A DNA stretch of 64,000 bases, taken from Minisyncoccia bacterium. Lineage in GTDB: Bacteria > Patescibacteriota > Minisyncoccia > Phycocordibacterales > UBA918. The notes under the pieces are model-generated. The model was not told the DNA's origin, searched no databases, and saw nothing but the letters and a program-made list of their open reading frames with translations. Positions 51,743-60,700 of the stretch are shown piece after piece (position 1 is the stretch's first letter; the number at the start of each line of letters is the position of its first letter). The stretch is from NCBI GenBank assembly GCA_046293175.1, contig JBKBPM010000001.1, positions 171,446 to 235,445 on the forward strand, written 5' to 3'. A program made the position numbers and the translations under genes.

Positions 51743-51765
51743 ATCGTACAATAAGTACGCCTCCT
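51743..51765. repeat. copy 5 of the recurring motif (GTACA-N5-GTACGCCTCC variant)
   Basis: CATCGTACAATAAGTACGCCTCC lies in the greA-lysS spacer. Compare copy 1 at 4084. Confidence 0.45.
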
Positions 51766-51870
51766 TCCGCCTCGCTTATGCGCCTTGTATCTGGAGCATT
51801 TTCTGAACAACTTGAGTGATATAATGAGTCTTACAGTAATACTTGAGAGTTTGAATATGTAGACTACAAC

Positions 51871-51904
51871 ACAAAGAGTGGCACCTGCGGGTGCCGCTCT
51901 TTGT
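51871..51904 (+). promoter_or_regulatory. 15-bp stem hairpin in the lysS 5' leader
   Basis: ACAAAGAGTGGCACC-TGCG-GGTGCCGCTCTTTGT lies 45 nt upstream of the lysS ATG. It sits downstream of an extended -10-like TGATATAAT at 51821-51829. Confidence 0.35.
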
Positions 51905-51949
51905 GTATCTCTTTATAAAAAGCAAAAATTAAGCTACTATAGCAGTATT

Positions 51950-53443
51950 ATGTCGAGTGAAATTATCGAAGAGCGCCGTAAGAAGCGCGAACTATTACGA
52001 GCGGCGGGCATGGATCCGTATACGGCGAAGACCTCAAAGACCCATACAGGAACGGAGGTTTTGGCACAGTTTGATGCGCTTGTAGCTGGGAATACGGCGG
52101 TCACTATCGCTGGGCGCGTCATGGCAATTCGTCTTCATGGCGGTTCGGCGTTTGTCGATGTCTTTGATGGTACAGAGAAGCTCCAGCTCTTTTTAGCCAA
52201 AGACCAACTCGGTGATGATCTTTTCAATCTCTTTGCTGACGCCATTGATGCCGGCGACTTTATCGAAGCCACTGGCGTGCCGTTTGTCACCAAGCGAGAG
52301 ACGAAGGCTGTGGGTGTTACCACTTGGCGTGTGCTCACCAAGGCGCTTGAATCTATTCCGTCTGAGCACTTCGGAATCAAAGACGAAGAAGCACGCTACC
52401 GCAAGCGTTATCTCGACATTCTCCTCAATCCTGAGCTCCACGACCTCTTTGTGAAGAAGGCGAAATTTTGGGCAGTGATTCGTCGGTTTATGGTGGATCA
52501 CGGCTTCCTCGAGGTCGAGACCCCAACGCTTGAGGTCACGACTGGTGGTGCTGAAGCAAGGCCTTTTAAGACCTGGCACAACGACTACGATATGCCAGTC
52601 TATATGCGTATCTGTATTGGTGAACTCTGGCAGAAGCGTCTCATGGCCGCCGGCTACCCTAAGACGTTTGAAATAGGTCGCGCGTACCGCAACGAGGGGA
52701 GTAGCCCAGAACACCTTCAGGAGTTCACGAACCTTGAGTTCTACTGGGCCTACGCCGACTACCGCGATGGGATGACCTTCGTCCGTGATCTTTATCGTAC
52801 GATTGCGAAGGAAGTATTTGGTCAAACTAAGTTCGAGATGCGTGGTCACACGTTTGATCTCGCTGATGAGTGGGTGGAGATAGATTACACAGAGACTATT
52901 AAGGACAAAACCGGTATCGATATTCTCACCGCGACTGAAAGCGAGATGGAGCAGAAGCTCGTGGAGCTCGGCGTAAAGTATGAAGGCCAAAATCGCGAAC
53001 GCCTGACCGATACATTGTGGAAATACTGCCGCAAGCAAATCGCGGGTCCAGCGTTCTTGGTGAATCATCCAAAGCTTGTTGCGCCACTTGCGAAGACTCG
53101 TCCAGGCACTGAGACGGTGGAGATGTTCCAGCCGATTATTGCTGGTAGTGAAGTTGGTCGTGGCTACAGTGAACTTAATGACCCAGATGATCAACGGGCA
53201 CGCTTTGAAGTCCAGAAGGCACTTCTTGAAGCCGGGGATGAAGAGGCGATGATGGCCGACTTTGAATTCGTTGAGATGCTCGAGTACGGTATGCCGCCAA
53301 CTTGTGGCTACGGCTTTGGTGACCGCCTCTTTGCCTTCTTGGCCGGTTTGCCACTGCGTGAGACCCAGATGTTCCCACTCATGAAGCCAAAGCAGGAAGC
53401 AGGGAATGTACCGCCAGAGAATTGTGAAGCGTGCGATTCATAA
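51950..53443 (+). CDS. lysS: lysyl-tRNA synthetase (class II)
   Basis: An N-terminal OB domain and a class II core are present (...FLEVETPTLEVTTGGAEARPF..., GRAYRNEG, FTNLEFYWAY). The start is the internal ATG (MSSEIIEERRKKRE). Confidence 0.9.
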   Translation: MSSEIIEERRKKRELLRAAGMDPYTAKTSKTHTGTEVLAQFDALVAGNTAVTIAGRVMAIRLHGGSAFVDVFDGTEKLQLFLAKDQLGDDLFNLFADAIDAGDFIEATGVPFVTKRETKAVGVTTWRVLTKALESIPSEHFGIKDEEARYRKRYLDILLNPELHDLFVKKAKFWAVIRRFMVDHGFLEVETPTLEVTTGGAEARPFKTWHNDYDMPVYMRICIGELWQKRLMAAGYPKTFEIGRAYRNEGSSPEHLQEFTNLEFYWAYADYRDGMTFVRDLYRTIAKEVFGQTKFEMRGHTFDLADEWVEIDYTETIKDKTGIDILTATESEMEQKLVELGVKYEGQNRERLTDTLWKYCRKQIAGPAFLVNHPKLVAPLAKTRPGTETVEMFQPIIAGSEVGRGYSELNDPDDQRARFEVQKALLEAGDEEAMMADFEFVEMLEYGMPPTCGYGFGDRLFAFLAGLPLRETQMFPLMKPKQEAGNVPPENCEACDS

Positions 53444-53465
53444 ATAGATTTCACAAAATAGGGAA

Positions 53466-53495
53466 AGCCCGGGCGTTTCCGCGCGGGCTTTTCGT
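53466..53495 (+). terminator. GC-rich hairpin after lysS
   Basis: AAAGCCCGGGCG-TTTC-CGCGCGGGCTTTTCG forms an imperfect stem followed by TTTTCGTTT. Confidence 0.45.
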
Positions 53496-53846
53496 TTGCT
53501 TGATGGGTCGCTTCAGCGACGCCAGAACATGAGGCGCTTCCATCTCGACTGCCGAGGCAGCATCGCTTCAGCCGTGAACTCGCCGTCCTTGAAGGTCAAG
53601 ACCGACCGGACGCCCGGCCAGCTCAAGTTCTGCGAGGATCATGTGGGCAACGCAGAAGCCTTCGGTCGCTGCTTGCTCAGGTGCAATGCCGTTTCTGGCG
53701 AAGACTGCCAAGGCAGCTTCGAACTTTGTCGCCGGCAAGCCGATGTTGCCAGAAATCATCACGTAGCGATCTTGCTGCGTGAGCACGAGCTGATTGGCTT
53801 GAGCCACCGGCTGTGCAGGATCGCTGGGGCGAGTTGATTCTGTCTC

Positions 53847-54713
53847 GTGCTACCATATCTTGTAATGTCTCTCCATCGACTGATGAGTCTCTGGTTCTAT
53901 ACGTCGCGCCCGCTCTTGTTTCCGCTGGTGCCACTGATTTTTGCGCTTGGTTATCAAGCGGGTGGGGGAAGTCTAGCTCACTGGTCAGTGGCAGAGTGGC
54001 TATTTGTGCTCGCGCTCACGTGGCCCTTTAGTATGATCATCTACGGGATCAATGATATCTATGATGCGGATATTGATGCTACGGATACAAGACGCAGTCG
54101 ACTCGAGGGCGGCAAGCACAAAGACAGTGAACAAAAGTATATCTGGTGTGGGGTGGGTGTCGCTGTTGCAGTGCTCACGATGGTGAGTGTCATTGCTCAT
54201 GGTGCCTACGGATTTATCTTTGCACTCCTCGCGGTAATCGCCAGTGTGACGTACTCCGTGCCACCGCTACGGTTCAAGAGTCGCGCCGGACTTGATGTGT
54301 TGTTCTCGGGTGTGGCGTATGTAGTGTTCATCTATGGGGTAGGGTACTGGCTTATGAAGCCGTACGCGCCACTACCAGACGCAGTGTATGTGCTCGCCAT
54401 CTTCGCTGCGTGTCTCCATGCCCTTGGTGCCATGCGTGACTACACAGTTGATAAAGCCGCGGGCGCTATCACCATTGCGGTGCAGTTTGGTCCACGTATA
54501 ACGGCCCTTCTCGTTTCTATGGCAGCACTCATTGGTATGGCTATCTGGTACAAAGAGCGCGGACTGGATATCGCAGGCATGCTTGTGTTTGTCAGTATCT
54601 TGGTGCCCGCCCTCCTTACTATCAAGCGACCGAACGAACAATTAATTCGGTATGCCATGCGTGTCATAGCGCTCGTCGTTGGACTCGTCGGCCTTTACAA
54701 AATATTTTTTTAG
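53847..54713 (+). CDS. UbiA-family prenyltransferase
   Basis: A polytopic membrane protein with the NDIYDADID motif (NDxxDxxxD) and a second Asp-rich region. The start codon is uncertain, with candidate ATGs at 53847, 53865 and 53883. Confidence 0.7.
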   Translation: MLPYLVMSLHRLMSLWFYTSRPLLFPLVPLIFALGYQAGGGSLAHWSVAEWLFVLALTWPFSMIIYGINDIYDADIDATDTRRSRLEGGKHKDSEQKYIWCGVGVAVAVLTMVSVIAHGAYGFIFALLAVIASVTYSVPPLRFKSRAGLDVLFSGVAYVVFIYGVGYWLMKPYAPLPDAVYVLAIFAACLHALGAMRDYTVDKAAGAITIAVQFGPRITALLVSMAALIGMAIWYKERGLDIAGMLVFVSILVPALLTIKRPNEQLIRYAMRVIALVVGLVGLYKIFF

Positions 54714-54726
54714 TGTGATGCGTGCA

Positions 54727-54751
54727 AAAAACTACTGTGTCTGTAGTTTTT
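54727..54751 (+). terminator. Rho-independent terminator
   Basis: AAAAACTAC-TGTGTCT-GTAGTTTTT forms a hairpin followed by a T-run. Confidence 0.5.
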
Positions 54752-54776
54752 CAGCAAGAGAGGGTATACAATAAAA

Positions 54777-57700
54777 ATGAATTTTATTTTCATGAGGAGG
54801 TTTCATTCATTTTCTAATATGCAAAGTCGTTATTCTTTGGTTGCGGTAGCAAGGACAGTGTTAGTATCGTTTCTAACACTGTCTTTTTTGTTAGTGTCGA
54901 GTATTCCTGCCGAAGTTTTTGCTGAGGAAAGTGCTGGTACAACCGAGATATCAAATGCTACCACTCCACCCGCGGACACCCCTGTTAGTGAAATCGAGAA
55001 TACGAATCCTGAAACTGTAACACCAAATGATGATACAGAGCCTCCAGTTGAAGAATCTGCAGAACAGCTTACAGAAGTTTCTGATCCCGAAGCAGTAGAT
55101 ACAGAAGAGGATCCTGAAAAAGCACCCGTAGAAGAATTAGAGCCAGAATCAATGGCAGCCATGGGTGCAGGTGGTGCTTCTGGGTCTGGTGACGCTTCAC
55201 CACTCAAGACTTCTTTAGTTGATTCAACCAGCGGCTCATTTCAAACAAATTATGGCATTGTGGTTCCGCCTGGTCGAAACGGCATGCAACCGAACCTGAG
55301 TCTGGGGTACGACGGGGGAGCAAACAGTCAAACAAGTGTATTTGGGTACGGTTGGGATATTAGTATCCCATACATTTCACGTATGAATAAAACTGGTAGT
55401 GAAAATCTCTACGCCACTTCCAGTTATTTCTACTCGTCACTTTCTGGCGAATTGGTTCCTACTGGAGTAACTAATGAATATCGTGCTCGAGTCGAATCAG
55501 GAAGTTTCCTAAAATATGTATATTCCAATAGTGTTTGGACAGTAACAGACAAGTCTGGCCGGACGTATACATTTGGCTCAGCGAGTACTACCAGGCAAGA
55601 TAACCCTAGTGATAGTAACCAGATATACCGCTGGTATATTGCCGAAGAGCGTGACACTAATAATAATGCAATCAGTTACAGTTACTATAAAAATGCAGGG
55701 CAGATTTATCCTGATACCATTTATTACACCAAAAATGGTGCAGATAATGGTATTTTTTCAGTACAGTTTGAACGTGAATCACGGACAGATGTCGTAACAT
55801 CGTACCAAGCTCGTTTTGCTGTGAAAAGTAACTATCGAATTAAAAAGATAGTTGCTTATGTTGATGGTGTGGCTGCACGAAGCTATGCGCTTGCTTATAC
55901 AAATGGTGATAACCAAAAACGTTCACTTCTTTCAACAATTACTGAATCTGGCACTGAAGGAAGTGTTACAACTACGCGGCTAGCTCAATCATTCGAATAC
56001 AAAAATACTAGCACTGAGGGTTGGACTTCAACATCAACATGGTCTACTCCCGAACCATTTTCAAGCAATAGTCTTGATACAGGGTTGCGACTAGTTGACG
56101 TAAACGGTGACAGTTACCAAGATTTAGTTCGCTTCTACGGCACTCAAGGTGGTCAAGAATTTAAATCAATTTATATTAATAACGGATTAAATGGTTGGAC
56201 TAGTACAACGACTTGGAACTGGTCAGATATGAACTTATGGTTTTCAGTGGAAGGTTCTACACAAAATTCACGTAATGATTATGGAACAAGATTCCTTGAT
56301 GTTAATGGTGATGGTTTAACCGATGCTATTACTGGATTTGATAACCTTGATGGTTGGAGTGACTACAAGGTTGTCTATATTAATAATGGAAGCGGCTGGG
56401 CAAGTTCAACCTGGGTTTTGCCAGTGTTTATTACAAAAAAATTAGGCGGTAGCTCAACTTATGACTTGGGTGTACGAACAGGAGATATTAATGGTGATAG
56501 ATTGCCAGATATAGTCGTATCTTACGTAAATGGTTCTGGTGCTACAAGTCAAGAAGTTTACTTAAATAATGGTCAAAATGGGTGGAGCCAAACAACATCA
56601 TGGGTAGTGCCTGAGCCATTTACAAATTGTGCAACTTGTACAAATCCTGGTCTAGATTTAGGAACACACCTAATTGATGTTAATGGTGATGGTCTCGATG
56701 ATGTTGTTAGAAGCTACTCAACATCCGGAACAAGCACCAATAAAGTTTATCTCAATACTGGTACAAATTGGGTACTGGACAGCAGTGTCCAGTTACCTAC
56801 TTACTTTGTTATGACAGGCGACTCTGGCCTACGTTGGGTAGAAGTAAATGGTGATGGTTTGATTGATCTTGTTAGAAACGCAACTACATCTAGAGTAACT
56901 TATTTGAATAGTGGTACAGGTTGGACAAGCCTTGGTCAGCTTCCACCAACTCAAATGCCATTTATTACAACATCAGGTGATAGTGGTGTTCGTGCCGTTG
57001 ATATTGACGGAGATGGTCAATCAGATCTAATTGGAAATACTGGCAGCACTACTTATCTTAATAGTCGAGGTTTTGGTGATTCTCTAACACAAATCACTTT
57101 TCCTCAAGGTGGTAAAATTATAGCTTCATATCAGGGTTCTGCTGAATATCGAAGCGGAAGTCAAATCTTAAACCCAAAAATTCCCTACACCTTCACAACA
57201 GTCTCACAGATACAATATGACTCCAATAATGATGCTATATGGACTGAATCATATCTATACGAAGATGGATTCTATCACTATGCGAGTACGAGTTTTCGTG
57301 ACCGTACTTTTTCAGGTTTTGGCAAAATAACCAAAACCAGTCCTCGTGCTAAGACAGTATCGTATTACCACCAGAATAATGACACTAATAGTAGCAATGG
57401 TGAGACGACAGATTCATACGCCAAGATTGGGCTTGAGTATAAAACGTTCGTCAACGACCTTGCTGGCAATAATTATATTACAAATGTGACAAAATGGTCT
57501 GAATCAGCATTGCCCGGTGGCGCGTCATATATAAGCCAACAGTCACAGGCAACACTATCGCATGATGGCGATAGTGATCATCGGGACATGGCTGTTGAAT
57601 ATAGCTACGATACCAATAATGGTAATCTGCTACAAAAAATTGAATATGGCGAAGTTACTGGAGCTACAGATGGCACCTTTACTGATACCGGCACGGACAA

Positions 57701-60700
57701 ATATACTACCGCATTTACATACGGCGCCAGCTCAACAAATCCGTTATTTACACTAACGATTCAAGCTTCAACTACAGACCAGCAAAACGTCCTAACAAGA
57801 TTAACTAAATACTATTACGATAATAGCACTTTTGGCAGCGTGACTAAAGGTAACCTTACCAAACAAGAAGACTGGGCCACTTCAACCACATATAGTACCC
57901 GTCAATGGGAATATAATACTTTCGGCCTAGTAGGTACGACAACTGATCCACGCGGTAATGTATCAAGTGTGCGATATGACTCTCATAATTTATATCCCTC
58001 ACTCGCTAAAAATGCCCTTGGACACATAACGACCTCAACTTATGATTATTCAAACGGACAGGTCAAAACAAATATTGATGCTAATAGCGCACTGTATACT
58101 TTCAATTATGATGGCCTTGATAGACTGCTTGAAGAGTATGTGCCTGATCCAAACAATGGTAGCTCCACTGTGCTTAAAAATGCATACACCTATTTCGACA
58201 CCAGTTTGCCATATCGTGTTCACCAGTCACGATACTTAAACCAGTATTTAACAGTAGATTCTAATACATATCTCGATGGATTTGGACAAGTCATTCAAAC
58301 TCGTCAAGATATGGAACAGTTCAATAAGTATGCGGTAACTGACTTTGTGTACGATGATGGTGTGTTGATTCGTGAATCCGTCCCGTACCAAGCAAATGGA
58401 TCTGGCTATAGTCCGTCAACGAGCAATACAAACCGACTACGTACTTATAGTTATGATGCGCTGGATCGAAAAATTACCATAGCTGATATGCGTGGTACGA
58501 GCACCCTCGCATACGATCAATGGCAGACGCTTGCGACTGATCCATTGTCTCGTACAAAAAAGACAAATAATGATGCGTACGGAAACCTCGTGAGTGTAAT
58601 TGAACGCAATAGTGGTGTTGATTACACGACAACGTATACCTATGACTACGGAGGTAAACTGACCAGCCTCACAGACGCCCTTAGTAATGTACGTAAATTC
58701 ACTTACGATGGATTAGGTCGACGTCTCTATGCAGAAGATCTTCATGTGGCGACCAGTAGTTCGTTTGGTGTTTGGCGCTATCAATACGACCTGGCAGGTA
58801 ATCTCGGTACTTCTACCAACCCGCGAGGACAAATTGTAGCGTATACGTACGATGCACTTAATCGAACATTGACCGAAAATGCAGCTAGTTCAACCGGAGT
58901 TGAAACTTCTTATACCTACGACTCCTGTACTAAGGGTGTTGGTAAACTTTGTACAGTTGTAGTTGCATTTGCCACTACAACCTATGGTTACAACAACCTT
59001 GGTTCGATGGCAACTGAAACCAAACAAATTCGCGGAACAACCTACACAACCAGTTACCAGTATGACCGACAAGGTAATCAGACAATGGTGCAGTACCCTG
59101 ACAATTCCGTAGTTCGCAATACCTATAATAATGCTGGCTTACTCGATAAAGTTGAACAAAAAGAAAATGGCGGACTATTCAAGAACGTTGTTACAGCTCT
59201 AGATTACAGTCCTGCCCAGAAAGTGACCCTAGAAGCTATAGCGAACGGAGCAACTACTACCAAAACCTACGATTCAATACATCGTCTTACTAATATTTTG
59301 ACCACAACCACTGGAACCACTACACCAAGTCAATGTCCTAGTTATATTCTTGGATCCGGTCTTGATACTAACCTGATATCGTATTGGAACCATAATGAGT
59401 ATTCTTCTGGTTCAGGCGCAGTTACTAGGTTTGATAGTAAAGGAACTAATCACCTAACAGATTTCAACACAACTCTGTCGACTGTAGGTATGATTGATAC
59501 TGCGTCAGATTTGGAAGTTGCAAATACAGAACGACTTACTATTACAGATGCGGCACAGACAGGTCTTGACACTCAAAATGACATGACCTTCGCAACTTGG
59601 CTTAAGTTTGAGAGTCTGCCTGGTACAAACGGACGTATGTACGTAGTCCAAAAAGAAGATATCTTCAAATTTGCACCAGATTTCGATGTAAATGGTACTG
59701 ACTACTTGCGATTGTATCTCCGTGATGCATCAGGTTACTATCACAATTCGGTTTCGTGGGTGCCATTCGTTGATACATGGTATCATGTTGCATTTACCAG
59801 AAATCAAACAACCGGAGCCCTTAAATTCTATGTGAATGGTCAACAGCAGGGTTCAACAATAATGACGGGTAGAACAGCATCTCTGTTAAATTCTGTTGAA
59901 GATTTCAATATCGGTGCTAATCCTGGAGAATTTGATGGTGCGGTTGATGAGACAGCAATTTGGTCACGCGTACTGACTGATACTGAAATCGCCTGTCTCT
60001 ATAATAATGGTGGTGGCATTTCATACAGCTTGGGTGGAATAGGTGGTGGCGGTGAAGCAATGAGACTTCTTGCCATGTCTGAGTCTGAACAAATACTGAA
60101 ATCCGCCGACTATTCGGGATCTGATACACAAGAAATAACTGTCAAAACCGATATAACTGCTTCTTCGACAATTGCAGCCTATGATGTATATAAACAGCAA
60201 CTTAACTCAGCTGATGCAAGTGAAAAGGCAACTCTAAAAGGCCAGATGATTGCTGAAAAAGTAATATCAGGCAGACGAGTTGACCGAAAAGAGTTTAAGA
60301 TAGATTTGTTTGGTGTTGAGCCAATAGATGGAGGACTACAGGTGTACCTTCGCGCCTTTGATGCCCAAGGCAATCAACTTGGCTTTGGTAAAGATGGCAC
60401 GATTGATATTGAACGCTTCAAGATATACAATCCGCCAATTAGCGTGCCTGATGGTACTTACCGAGATGAAGAAATTGAAAAACTTAGTGGAGGTACCCAA
60501 ATTATTAAGTCCCCTAACTTTAAAGATGATCCTGAGGAAGCTTTATATCAGGTATTAGAACAAACAATCAAACTTACTGGTAAGAGTGGTACAAAAATCG
60601 TCCCTAAAAAAATCGGTCGAACCACTAGTGTGTTCTATCCAGATGCGAACCCAGAGAGTTCTTCAGTTGACGGATGGACTCAGTATGAAAGTACACAAAT

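Noticed and set aside
51690-51949. A T-box riboswitch upstream of lysS
   Set aside because: Only a partial resemblance to the T-box core exists within the 51871-51904 hairpin. No Stem I, specifier loop or antiterminator alternative could be identified, and the leader from the candidate promoter is only about 120 nt.
53496-53837. ORF 53496..53837 (+) of 113 aa as a gene
   Set aside because: Its Cys/Arg-rich composition is not protein-like. The antisense frame looks more protein-like, and the segment is better flagged as an anomalous GC-rich region.
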